Shown here in pieces: positions 23,336 to 37,000 of a DNA stretch of 64,000 nucleotides. A model generated the notes under the pieces. That model did no database searches and was not told the origin of the DNA. It saw only the letters and a program-made list of their open reading frames with translations. How positions within the stretch are numbered: the stretch's first letter is position 1; each line of letters begins with the position of its first letter. Made by a program: the position numbers and the translations under genes. The DNA comes from Lingula anatina (Eukaryota > Animalia > Brachiopoda), in the NCBI GenBank assembly GCA_051362555.1, contig CM120649.1, forward strand, positions 14,632,001 to 14,696,000, read 5' to 3'.

Positions 23336-26300
23336 CAGTCATGCATTTACATGTACATTATGTAGTGAACTAATGACGTTATAGCATGTGTACTATGCTG
23401 AAATAAAATTAAACACGTGTTCACCCTCAGGTTCCTACCGATGGATCTGTCCCCGAGGGTCTAACCAAGGACATCATGAAGCACATGGACGAGCTGTCGC
23501 CAGAGGTCCTGAGGGGACTGATGGATCTACACCGACGACAACAGGCGCGTGTGCAAAGCACCAATGATGCCTCCAAGGCGAAGCAGGGTGCGTCTCTTTG
23601 GGAGAAGCTTCAAGCCAGGAGAAAGAAAGCCATAGAGTTGGTGAGGATTTGACTTTTGTGTTTATTCTTTATTTGTGTTGCACAGAAGAGCGTTAATTCT
23701 TTACTTCTCTCTAGTCCCTTTATAAATCGGTTTTCATTCTCCTTTACTATTTGTTTTCGGTAGATGAACCGCAGTGAGTCAATCAAGCAAGAATACAGAG
23801 ACGTCAAAGACGTGAAGAATATCGGGACCTACTTTGGGGAAGAAATGATAGGCAGTCAAACCGAAACCAAGGTTTGTGTGTATCCTAATTACACTATTAT
23901 TATCAAATTTCGAGCTTTTACTCTTACGTGAAATCTTTTTTAAAGCGCCTCAATTTTTTAATAAAAATGTTGTAAAAATAATTTGGGTATAGCTTTTGTA
24001 ACGTTTTCTAGGTATCTTTCTCTCTGCCTGTATTTAATCCAGATGATCCGATAATGTATGATTCACGATTTGCAAATACATGAAAATGTCGTGGAATCTA
24101 GTAGGTTTAGGGCTCAGGGCAAAACCATAACACTGAGCAGATTTAATTGAAATTGGGAAATCAAATTAGTGCGCTACAGGCTATTAAACTAAAGCATGAG
24201 CCTCAATAACAATGGCGACTCCTTTCACTCAGGCTATACAAGCCAACGACGAGAAACTCGTCCAGAGCATCAAGTCAATACAAACCACCCAGGACGAGCA
24301 AGCTCTGAAGGTTATGATAAGTCAGCACCTTGTCTCCAGAAACACCATGGAGATAGAGAGACTCAACTATCTGGATCTGATGGCGGTGTCGTTGAAGGAC
24401 TCGAGCACAAGTACAAGTAGCCATGTTGAGGTCACAACTCAGCTGGCCAATGATGAAACTTTAAAGAAGGTGAGAAGCAAACCGCTACACCTTAGCGTAT
24501 ATAATGTTCATCAAATGGTAACATCCCAGCGGGCAAATCAACATTGAATCAATGTTGAATCAACGTTGATGGTCAACGTTGAAACTATGTTGATATGACG
24601 TTGACTATGAAAGTTGACTCAACGTTGAACCATCAAGGTTGAATCAACCTTGAGGTATCAATGTTGAATCAACGTTGATGGTCAACGTTGAAACTATGTT
24701 GATATGACGTTGACTATGAAAGTTGACTCAACGTTGAACCATCAAGGTTGAATCAACCTTGAGGTATCAATGTTGAATCAACGTTGATGGTCAATGTTGA
24801 AACTATGTTGATATGACGTTGACTATGAAAGTTGACTCAACGTTGAACCATCAAGGTTGAATCAACCTTGAGGTATCATTGTTGAATCAACGTTGACGGT
24901 CAACGTTGAAACTATGTTGATATGACGTTGACTATGAAAGTTGACTCAACGTTGAACCATCAAGGTTGAATCAACCTTGAACCATTACCTCAATGTTGAA
25001 TCAATGTTGAAATAAAGTTGAATTTGAAAATTGAATTAACGTTGATATATCAATTAGGCTATCAGGATATTTGATTGAAATTTGCCTGATGGCTGAAGGT
25101 GTTCTCCAAGATATCAAGCATTTCTTGAAATAAAAAGACTCAGATCTGAAAAGGGGGGGGGGAAATTAGGAAAATTACCTACAAAAGAAAGTAATTTCGG
25201 AAGAAAAGGGGGGGGGGGGGGGGGGGGTCCAGACCCCGGGACCAGCTCCTGTATCCACCTATGGGTCGTCAGATTCTTTTTAAACTTTCCAGTTTGATGC
25301 TCAGTGTTACGGACCAAAACAGCCCGAACATAAAAAAACACAAACAACAACTAACTTAACTATGAATATAATATATTACAAACAATGAACATACACTACA
25401 TAAACTAACTACATGTAATACTATCATGTTGCATAAACTTTAACATTTGTCAAATACAGTTAAATTCTAACAGATTCGTAGACAGTTAAGTTTTGAAGAC
25501 GCAATGTCACAGTTTTACGAGTCCTTTTCTGTTAAACGTTCCTCCTGATAGTGTGGGGTTTTGAAGACGCAATGTCACCGTTTTCCATGTCCTTATCTGT
25601 TGAACGATCATCCTGATAGTGTGGAGTTTTGAAGACGCAATGTCACCGTTTTCCATGTCCTTATCTGTTGAACGATCCTCCTGATAGTGTGGCCTCACAA
25701 AGTACTGTTAATAAAGTACAGTTTTTGTACTGTAAAAGTGTTACACACTGTCCACACTCACGTGTTGCATCAGTTCATGTTATCCGGAGTCTCGCACTTA
25801 ATAACAGTCCCGCACTTCATTTACATTATACAAGTATGCAGGCACATACGGTAATTACTCATAAAAATTAAACAACAAATTAGCTTTACTAAAATAATTA
25901 TAACGTCACATCAGGTAGTTAAGATAATTTTAAGAATACAAAAACAAAGGGTCACCAGTCTAATTTTTTTCTCACAGCTAACTTAAATTTCCAGAAAAAC
26001 AGGCATTTTTGGCTTTTTCAAGCTTTTTCTTCAACCTTGAGTAAAATTTTGTCAATTTGCCATAAAGTAAGGCTGGTGACCCTATGTTTTTTTTCTTTTT
26101 CTTAAAGATAACCGGTGGAAAGTTTAAAAAAAAACTGACGACCGCTTTTTTCACAAAATTAATTTTAATGAAAAAGGGGTAAAACAAGCGTTTTATGAGG
26201 GGTAATCTATGCATACCTCTCTAGTGAGATAATCATTTAAAACTATTATCAAGGTTATGATTAAGGTTATAAAGTTAAGGTTGACCCAATGTTGAGATCC

Positions 26301-29300
26301 AGTTGATATGTCAACATTGACAAAGGGTTTACAAACACAGGTTGATTCAATGTTGAAATCCTGTTGATCTATCAACATTGAAAACTGATTGACAAAGAAA
26401 GGTAAAATCAATGTTGAGACCCTGTTGATCTATCAACATTGACAATTGGTTGACAAGAAAAGGTTGATTCAATGTTGAAATCCTGTTGATCTATCAACAT
26501 TGAAAATTGATTGACAAAGAAAGGTTAAATCAATGTTGAGACCCTGTTGATCTATCAACATTGACAATTGGTTGACAAGAAAAGGTTGATTCAATGTTGA
26601 GATCTTGTTGATCTATCAATATTGATGGATCAACATCATCTCAACCTATCCTCAATGTTGAATCAACGTTGAGTGCCCGCTGGGATGAGCTGTAAGATAT
26701 TTATTTATACTTAATTAATACTTTGATCGGCGCTACAGTTAGTCAAATCAACAAACTACAGACTTTCTCCTGTTTTAAGGCGTTAACCAGAAAATAATAT
26801 ATATTGACCAGTACAGTGTATATAAATGAACCAAGAACATAATGATTTAAAATACTTATTTGCAATATGTGGCAGCCGTGGTTAACTTTGCAGTTACATA
26901 CTTTCTCAATTTCGCACATTTCTGAAAACAAAAGCGTTGAGAACTTTGCGCATATGAATCACCCTATCGACAAAAAACGCCATCTTTCCAGGACCTTAAA
27001 AAGTTGGAGACAGAATTTTACACTGACATCACCTCCTTGGGTTTCTACCTGGACGAGGAGGAGCTGAGGGCGCTGCTGAAAAAGTACGAGGAAGACCAAA
27101 GAAAAATGATCTCCAGGAACGCCATGCAGAAAATTCGAAGCGACGAAGACCTGAGAAGGAAGTTGGAGGAGCGTCGATTGCGCAGGATACAGGTGAGTAG
27201 TAAATAAATAAATACTCGCCTGAAGAGTCCTTTAACATTAAAGGATTAAATTAACATTCTGGAACAAAATTCAACCTTGTCGGGTTCATGCCTAAATGAC
27301 GTGTACTGAAACGCTCGTCAATTCACCAGATAGCAGTCTTCAGCCCAATCTTGGGCAATTGAACTAAATTAATCTGTTCAATACTTAGTTGTCTGAAAGG
27401 GGGTGGGGAAAAGTGGTTTTGATACACAGCCGGTATAACAGGAATGTTGGTTCAAGGAAGTCCAGGGGACCACATTATTAGTAGAGGTTATGGATAGCCC
27501 GAGCTATCGGGGTAAGTGTCACTTGTATAAAAACTGTAGTCATGGTTAACAGACTACAGTTTCTTTGCGGACTATACCATTTCTGTCACACCGGTTCTTT
27601 GGTTGTTGTAATTTGATTCAGTTGTAAACGAAGGTTTTTGTTTTTCGGTTTTAAAAAATGAAAAAAATCGAATATAATGCTTTAGTTCTTTAAGAAGACT
27701 CACAAAGAACTTTTTTTACTGATAGAATCATATATTTTGGTTGCGTTCTGCCTTCTCTCCCAGCACTAATTTTCCTACTTTTTCTCACTCAAAGCACGTA
27801 GTGGACTCCGTGCACAATGTAAGTGCTTGTTATATAGTTGTTGGTAACATTGGCTATTGACGCAGTGTATACATGTATTATTGTTAAATGTTCCTCTAAC
27901 CTTTCCTGTAGCTTTGCCTGTTGCCTGTTGAATTCATTTTGTATTGCCTCTGTGGAAACTTGGCCTCTACAAATACAGCAGCCAGTGTGTCTGGAGAAAG
28001 ACTTAAAACCAAATTATTTTTGTTAACAAAGATAACAGTTAATTGTTATTATTCCATCCAATCATTCTGGTATTAAAATGTGTGTTGTAATCTGTTTTCC
28101 TTTGTGACCAGTGCTCTAATTAATTCCTAAAAAATCAAATATATTATACACGGTATGTACAAATCCGCTTTTAGACGACTTGTCCATATATATGCGTTGC
28201 ACTTTTCTGAATTATGGTGAACTGTGACGTAAAATGTTCCATATGTTACGCTTACTGTGTAATCGTGTGCCCCGGTCTTGTACTGGCATTTCTGCTTTTC
28301 ATGTAGCTTAGCCACATAGATTGTACCAGTGCTGCTTATACCTTGACTTCAATTCCCCCTGCGTAATTTAACTGTCCATTTTACATGTTTAGTAGATTTC
28401 ATCTGTATCTTACAAAAGTCACAGACGAGCCTTAAACTGTCAACACGTGACACGTGCCAAGCTCGTTCAGTCAACTCTCAAAAAGTCTGCCATTCACCAC
28501 CGATACTATAACCAATTAACATTTTAAATCAAGACGGGTTTAACCTTGACCCACTGATGCCAAAAATGGGATTCAAACCCAGGCATTGAAAAGCAATTAA
28601 GCCTGCATTAAAGTAATCTCTATGCTTGACACTGCATTCAAAACCTACTATCAGGGAGATTGTGTCACAAGGGACTTAAAGCTCTGTCATAATTTCAACG
28701 TCCACTTGAATTGAAATTCTCCCAGTTCGGCTGTAAGTACCCCAGTTGAAAAATAGATTTACGTTGATGGTATTGAAGTGATTATTATTTTTATTGCCAT
28801 ATGTTTCTTTACAGTCTGATTTAGGGCTGGAGGAAAGCCAAATTACTACCGGAGAGCAAGAGAACGAAACCAAATCAACAGAAGTGCCGCTACTTCCGGT
28901 TGAGACCATGAATTCAGGCGTATCGCCGGTAAGTACGGTTCGACCTTAATTTAATATTGTGGACTACTTTTTGTTCTTGAGGGAGCATATAACAAAAGTA
29001 CATATAAATGTATTTTGATGCCTACTGGTACAGTTGTGATTTTAATTGTGTCCAAGTTTCTCTCACACTTTAGTGTTAACAGTCTAATTTAACTAAAAAT
29101 ACTACAAAATGATAGTAGATGGAATCAAAGATTTTTAAACGAAGCAAATATTCGTGTATTTCAATCGTTAAGGAGGTGGCAAAGATGGACGAAAGCTTCT
29201 ACATTGAGCTAAAGCGAAGGAAGGAGGAAGAGAACTTGACGGAAGAGATGCTACAAGAGATGCTGGCTGAACACATGCGTAATGTTGAGAGAATGCAGAG

Positions 29301-30567
29301 AAACACGGACGCTCAGAGAATGAGGTAGATAATGAGTAAAAATTTTCCCGATAGGAATTCGTCGTGAAGGAGGTTGTTTTTGTTACTCTCGACCAACAGA
29401 GCTTCCTCGTCTCTTTTTATTAAAGTGGAATAGCCCCAAGTCAAGATTATAATCAATAAAACAGATATGAAAAACATTTTTTCCATAAAATTCGTCATCA
29501 AATAAATGAAACGGGAGTTTTTCCATTCAATTTCGATCCTTTATTCTGTCTACAATGCTTATATTATCGAGATCTTCTACCTGACAAAATTGTCCTTTCC
29601 AGACAACATATGTCCACACAAGATAGACTAGCAGAACGCCGCCGTCTGAAAAAGGAGCAAGAGCAATACAAGTTGGACCAGAAAATGGCGCGCAAACGAC
29701 TAGTGGAAGAGGAAAGAAAATTGCAGGAAATGGTACGAAACATTGTGTCTAAGATGTCTAAATGTTCCTTTGCGCTCAGTATTTATAATTTGTACATTTT
29801 CAAATATTCATATTTAAAGTAGAAAAATACACACTGAAAATTTGTTCCGAGATCTTTCAACCCTACCTCTTCAGGGTTTATTTGGTTATGGATGTGATTA
29901 TGACATCATAGTTGTGAATTGTCACGTCATAGATGTGACGTCACAATCACATTTGGATAAATAATAAAATAGATCGTTGAATAGACGTGTATAGCATTAT
30001 ATCACATTCAATTTGGACTCAAATACTTTAACAATTTATATATGGCTTAACTGTTTCCTATTTAAACTCTTGTAGAATCGAGCCAACTTAGAAGAGATCG
30101 CAAACCGCCTGATCTACAACTGCAAGGAGAACACGAAGGCAGTGAGGGCGCTGTGGGCGGGGGAGGTGTCCCGAACCAAGGGCAAGGTCGGCGAGGTTAC
30201 GACGGAAAACGTGAAGAAGAAAAGGAAGAAAAAGGTACGACGAATAAAGGGGGCGTCAGCGACGTGTTTAAGTATTGGTATTTAAGGAAAAGTGGTATTT
30301 TATTTCGTTACTGAAGCACTTTTTGTTCAAAGTTACTAGTTTGAATAATCCCCGCATTAATCTTATTTGTATCAGAATCAATTAAAGTTCCTTTTCTGAA
30401 ATATTCTTGCTTCCTTCTCTTCGTAATTTCTTACATACTCGATAATTTATCTGTTATCTATATCTATATTTATAATCACGTATTATGTAATTTGCTTTTT
30501 TTTTCAGAAAAAGGACACTGGTGGAGAAAACAGCAGGCCCGAAACTGCACCTTTATCCGTATTATGA
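19372..30567 (+). CDS. Uncharacterised ~1367-aa protein: lipidation signal, long disordered N-half, charged helical/coiled-coil repeats; 13 coding exons
   Basis: Exons 19372-21384, 21653-21799, 22094-22198, 22461-22928, 23431-23640, 23764-23871, 24233-24469, 26992-27192, 28815-28928, 29173-29324, 29603-29732, 30076-30234, 30508-30567. All GT-AG and in phase, 4104 nt. Kozak ACCATGG; starts MGNACCCCQ and ends RPETAPLSVL*. AATAAA at ~31147. Confidence 0.82.
19797..19960 (+). repeat. Coding 21-nt minisatellite, ~8 units, encoding G(Y/N)GQQQ(G/R)
   Basis: GGTTACGGACAGCAGCAAGGT and variants in tandem. Confidence 0.92.
24525..26684. mobile_element. Non-autonomous CACTA/EnSpm (CMC)-like foldback transposon, ~2.16 kb, in an intron
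   Basis: Termini AT|CCCAGCGGGCA ... TGCCCGCTGGG|AT (2-bp TSD). Left subterminal array has a 109-bp period (24548, 24657, 24766...). Right array has a 61/62-bp period (~26347-26620). Both are rich in GTTGA/TCAAC. Internal ~67-bp tandem at ~25485-25690. No transposase ORF. Confidence 0.85.
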
Positions 30568-30807
30568 AACGTCCATCCAACCAACCGCCCGTTACGTACA
30601 AAGTCGCTAAACTTTTACGAGAGATTCCTTGTGTGTGTGTCCATGCTGTAAAAAAGATGCTGTGTTGCCAAATAGAATTCACATGCTTGTCGTGTACATT
30701 AGGCGGTATAGGATATATGAAATCTCCATTTCAAATGAATACCTATCTATACATTTTGCTGACTCTTGATATTTGTGAAGTATTATGACTGTGATTCGAC
30801 TTGTTTA

Positions 30808-31040
30808 TAGTGTACAGGATTTATCTTTTTTTAAACCAACTGAACTTGGCTGTATTTTTCACAGTCTTTATACGGTATGACCTTTAGCAACTCATAGTAT
30901 ACATAGTATTCAGGATCAGAATAAGTAACACTTCCTTTTCTGGAACATTTACATTGTATACAGGATTTATCTTTTTTTAAACCAACAGAACTCGGATGTA
31001 TTTTTAACAGTCTTTACACGGTATGACCTTAATCAACTCA
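30808..31040. repeat. Direct duplication (~85 bp, ~146 bp apart) in the 3' UTR of the uncharacterised gene
   Basis: TACAGGATTTATCTTTTTTTAAACCAAC...GGTATGACCTT occurs twice. Confidence 0.8.
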
Positions 31041-31748
31041 AAGCTTATCACTTTGTAAATCACGCACATTTTGTATTTCATTTCCAACTTTATACGTGGA
31101 GAACAGTTGCATTTTATATACATATTCATTGTTGCGGTATATTTTCAATAAACTGGCTTTACGGTGTATCTTTTTCCATCACTCTACAAGCAGCAATCAG
31201 AAGTAACAAGGCATTCTTGAGGACTCCATTACATTTAATTACATTAAATTACGTTATATTATATTACATAACATAGCATTTCAAAAATGAAATGTTCAAA
31301 TTGACCCATTTGCCATGTTAATACTTTATATATATATGCATTTTCTGTATACATATCCGATATCTTTAAACTGGAACTCAAATTCCCAAACAACACTGGC
31401 CATTTCCATAAGTTTGCATTATTTTGCCAATTATTCAGACAATATTCTGGCAAGGAAAATCCATCTTTATATTTACCGCACTGGTATCAGAGCAAGACAT
31501 GCATACATTTCTACTGTGTCCTCTCCAGGGAGGCGACAGCGTTAACGTGCACTAAGAGCCAAAAAATGACCATTTTTAACCACTCTGAGACGCATATGTG
31601 TATAAGGCTGAACTTTACACTTATTACTTTACTCTGAAATGGTATTGTTTTCACTGGACACCGATACTTCTTGGCAAAAAAAAAAAAAAAAATAAATAAA
31701 TAAATAAATAAATAAATAAATATAAAAAAGGCTCAGCCATCTTGTTAT

Positions 31749-33560
31749 TTAATGAGGTAATCTCCCGTCCACGAGAATCTCGAACTTTGCGACTCCCGCC
31801 AACCAGAGAGGATCTAAGTTATGCTCTATATTTTTAGCCCACGCTTTACACACAATACGTAGAAGAACGTTATTTGTGGGGCGCTCAAAGTGGACGGCGA
31901 CGAGCGGTGAACGATACCCAAGCTGGTTGAGATAAGGGAAGTAATAATTGGGGAAGCCTTCTTCTGGATAATATGCTATTGGTCCCATGTTTTCCTTATC
32001 TGTGTCCGTCTGGAATATACGTGAGAAACAGATTAATTTTATTGAGCCTATATATGAAATGCCCAATATACAAAATGTAAGATAGGAGACGCTTGTACAT
32101 AACATTCATATCTCTTTGAGATTACCAATAAAACCCACCTTGAGAAGTGGTAACAGAAGTGTTTATTTAACTTATCTGAGTTAAAAAAATAGATATGAAA
32201 CCACGCGACTTACATCTCCTTCACACGTGACCCCCACGTGATCTGGCCTCCATCTGTCTCCTAGTTCCGGTGGCCGCGTGTTGTTGTCGTAAGGTTCAGG
32301 TTCCCAGCCATACAACTGTTATCGGATACAGATCGGTTAATTTTGAGGCAAAATGTAAATGCATTCTTTTTTCAATTAAGAATTAAGGTTAAATCAATTC
32401 AACTCAATATTTTGCGTAAAAAACTGCGTAGCTGCATGCAATACAAAATTAGAAAATGTAAAAATGTAATATTACTTGTAGAAACACATATGTCGCCTGC
32501 CTATTTTTCTGTTTCTTTTTCATAAAATAATTTAATTAATTAATAAACGAAAGATAAAAATAAATAAATACAATGTAAACACGATGCCTGATATATGCCA
32601 AAATATGAAATGTGAGTGATTATAATATTTTAAGCGAATTTTACCTTATTTATGATAGGTATAAATAGTATTCCGGTTAAACGGTTGTTTACGTCCGGAA
32701 TTAATTAATTTAAACCTTACCTTATTTAATTTTAAAATCACACATGGCTCCCCGTCATTATATCCGTACTCTTCCTTCCATATACAGGGTCCCAGAAGAT
32801 CCAAATTGAAAGTACAGACTTTCTCTCGGGGCCTGACACCGTAACCACACTGGATATAGTTTCGGCCGTCCTGGTTTTGGTTCTCGTATTCTGAAAATGT
32901 CATGTTATTTCAAAGTTAGTTTTACTATGTTAATCGTAATTGAGTTCACTTTTTCACAAAAGGAAATGATTGAAAGAATCCATTTAAAATGTTATTAAAT
33001 ACCGGGACTGATGAATATTGCTTTTCAAACCTAAAAGAAATCTTAAATGGCATTTTTTTACCTTACGGAGGTACACAGTAAAATTTATTTTTTATTTTAT
33101 TATCCCATTCATAATTCATACATACTGTTATTCCTGCAATAATGATTATTAAACTTTATAAGACGTATCTAAATCTATTCACCAGAAAATGATATGTTGA
33201 ACAAAATAACCATTCTTAAGTTAACAGACTTACGTATCAAATGTGCCCGGATGTTGGCAATTATTGGTGCAAAAGACTGCTTATCTCCTTGAACGAAGTA
33301 GATCATTGTTGACTTGGCCCAAGGCATTGGGCGAAAACTCAATCCTGAAAAAAATGCTTTATTAGTTCACTGTCAACGCACATCCGATTATTTCAATAGT
33401 AACCTCTTGACAGAATGGCGTTGCGGTGAACAACTTATTGCTTCATTAAACGCACACTATTGGAAATGTGTGCTTTTCACGTGTTTATACGAAAGCTAAT
33501 AGAACAGGTTCCAAATACAAATTTTAATCGGCTGTCGTAAGACTGAATACAGACTCTCAC

Positions 33561-33601
<41 letters not shown>

Positions 33602-33994
33602 GACACTTTACAGTGCATTTGTGCCTCGTTAAGTTAGTCACCCGTTGCGTTTTTCAGCTGTGTTTTGGACCCGAATCGCCTAAAGTCTTTTAATTTTAAT
33701 ATTTAAAAATATTTCTATAGAATTTCAACTCACCGGGATTATTTCCTATTGCTCCAGCATTGCCATAGACCATGGGCGATCTCTTGTCTATATAATAGAC
33801 AAATGTCACTGCCAAGCACGCCCCGAAGAAGACAAGTATACTTGTATAGAACACTGTGTAGAAGATTGCGCATAACGCTGTAAAGATGCAGAAAAACTTT
33901 TTTGACATTTTGACAATTGTGTGTTTTCAATCTGAATGAAATAAAAATAAAGTCACTGTATAGAAGCACTTGAAATATTACCAACTTTACACTG

Positions 33995-34071
<77 letters not shown>

Positions 34072-37000
34072 GTGAAGTGGCCATTGCGGGCTGGAAGCTT
34101 TCTGGAACTAGCCTTTACCGAGTCGGTGATATCACAACGTGTTTCTAAAAAGTCACATCTGACACACCCAGCTCCCCGCCTCACCAAAACCTAAAATATG
34201 GCCGACCCACTCAGAAGCTTGTGGCATAATCTCCTAATACACACTGAATAGATTTCCCGCGGGGATTAAGGGGTGAGCTTTCAAGTGGGTCGGCCATATT
34301 TGATCCTCAGATCTGTTAGTCCTCGGATGAACTTTGGATGTAAATGCAGCCATATATGTAGGTAACCGCGGTTACTTATCCCCATGTGCAGTCGCCATGA
34401 CTTTGCATGCTTTCTGAGACTCAGGGTGACATATGAAAGTGAAGCCAATAACATATAAAATCTTGGGGAGGGATAATTATTATCCTGTGTTTTTAACATA
34501 TTTAAAGGGTGCCACTACTAACAGAGTTATCGTTTAATTAGTCTATGACCTCATTCAGAACAGTGAACTAACTAGTCCGAGGGTCAAATATGGCGGACCC
34601 ACTTGAATACTTCCCCACGGGGAATAATTTATTCAGTATCTATTAGCGGATTAGACGGCAAGCTTTGTAGTGGGTCACCATTTTTGACTCTCAGACTAGT
34701 TAGTCCTTGGTTCTGAATGCAGCCTATATGAATACCTTTTTCGGAGACAGTAACGCGTGTTATAGATCACTGCATTGAAGAAAAAAAAACAATGGTCCGC
34801 ATCGGGTCCTCTCCCTTTTTACGCCATGACTTGCTCACTTGGGTAAAATTTACCGATCTGTTCACTACCAAGGTGATCTGCAGACTAACTGATCCTTGGA
34901 TCAAATATGGCCGACCCACTTGAAAGCTTGCCCCGTTATTCCCGCGGGGAATCCATTAGGTAAGCTTTCAAGTGGGTCGGCCATATTTAATCCACCTTTC
35001 TGTTAGCCTGCGGATCAACCTTTTTTCGTGAATGGGGCCTATGTCAACGTATGCGATGCACACAAATACGTGATAACTTTATCTGTTCTTAATATTAAAT
35101 CACCTGAGTAAATAAAGAAAACAAACAAATAGTCGGTAACTTAATGAGAAGCGAGAATTTATCATCTGGATGATTAGATAAATATGAATGAAGTATATAG
35201 AGCGTTTATATTCAGTGTACACATACGCTGGATTTGGTCCAAGCGTATCTTTCATGCCTATCCTTTATTTTGTGAGATGTTTATACTTAAGTTACCCTCT
35301 CATTCAAGATTACGTTGTATCATGGTATTTGTTGCGTATATTACAGTGTCTGCTACTCATATTTTGAATAATCTACAATACCTACATTATACATAAAATA
35401 TGACAAGGCACGACATGGGCAGATTTATCAAATTGAAAAAACATGAACAACAAAACCACTGTAGTGTTCATTCGTTTGAATACAAAGGGGGTGAAAAGCA
35501 TTTCACGCATCATATGCAACATCAACGAGTTTTTTAACGTTTAAATTAAGGAAGTGCAAGGAAAAGAATTGATCAAACAAAATCACACCGAGATCATGGG
35601 GACATTTTGGATGTCACATTTAGCGAGGAAGCCAGCAAAACATGTTGAGTAATCTCAGGCTAGATAAGAGCTGGAAGACACCAATTTCATACGTAATAAT
35701 GATCGATTTTCCACAACCTATACAGATAGTTTATTCCATGTCTATGAGTAGTTGTGGCATGCCTATGGACTTATACTGATAATTTATTCCATGAAATAAG
35801 TACGTGCAGTGTTCAGTTATTGTTTAGAAATGCCCCATATTGTTATAAACAATAAACTTCCAGGCACTGGTAACTGAACGATGGTTCAAAATTTGTTGTT
35901 GAAGGGTTTGTGTGAGTTTATATGTTAGAATGACGTAACACGCAGCGTCTTAATCGTCAACTGGAAATTAATCTTATCAGAAGAACGCGCACACTACTGG
36001 CAGGATGGTGTACGGAATGAAGGGCCATTCAGAATAGATGATCCGAGTACTAACTGATCCGCCGACTAAATATGGCCGACTCCATTTAAGAAGCGATACC
36101 GTTGATCCCATGATGGTCTCCTCGCCTCCACACGCGCCGTCGCTGCAGGGGCCTAGAAATTAAACCTCGGAGCCGAGATTAATTCCGTTTAATGGGGCTT
36201 GTGGAGGCGGGGAGACCATCGGGAATCAGCGTCATTGCTTTTGAAGTGTGGTCGGCCATATTTAGTCGGCAAATCATGATCAGTTACTACTCGGATCATC
36301 TATTTTGAATTGCCCCTGAGAGAGAGAGAGAGGGAGAGAGAGAGAACACATTCCAATTATCCCCATCCCGACCTAGAGCCCCGACACCCTCACCCACACC
36401 ACTCAAAAAGTACAAAAGTGTACTATTCAACGTGTATATTACCTTTTGACCGTGACATATACCTTTTGGAAGAATTTTAATGTATGGGTGCGCTTAAATC
36501 ACCATGGTAACAATCACATGACTTCACTTTTTGCCAGTCATATGTCTAAATTTAAACGTATTTTTAATGATTATAAAGGTATTTATGGCTTACCTAAGAG
36601 ATTACATTTAAGTGAAAAGGTCAGATCAATTCTTGCGATATAACGAGGGAGCGTGAACAGACAGCCAGATGTCATAACCCGACCAACACGCCCAAGTGGG
36701 GCCAATAAGGGTAACCGTTTGGCTGGTTTGGTTTCTTTTATGGGCACCACACGGCCCCATATTGGTTCTCTATAGCTCTTTATCAAATTGAAAAAAAGAT
36801 ATTCGGGCAATACCACAGGAACATATGGTAGAGTTGCAGGCGGAAGATGATGTTTGAGAAAGTGCTACAAACACACGGTTTCATGTTATATGTACTGCCT
36901 GTGGAACTCATCTACACGCTGACAGAAGGAAAAATAAGACAACTTTGATGGGACGATCGAAAGGAGGGCAAGAATAATATTCTATACGGATAAAAAATAA

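Noticed and set aside
24545-25050. Regular array superficially like a CRISPR locus
   Set aside because: Units are identical end to end with no unique spacers; eukaryotic intron; lies within transposon TIRs.
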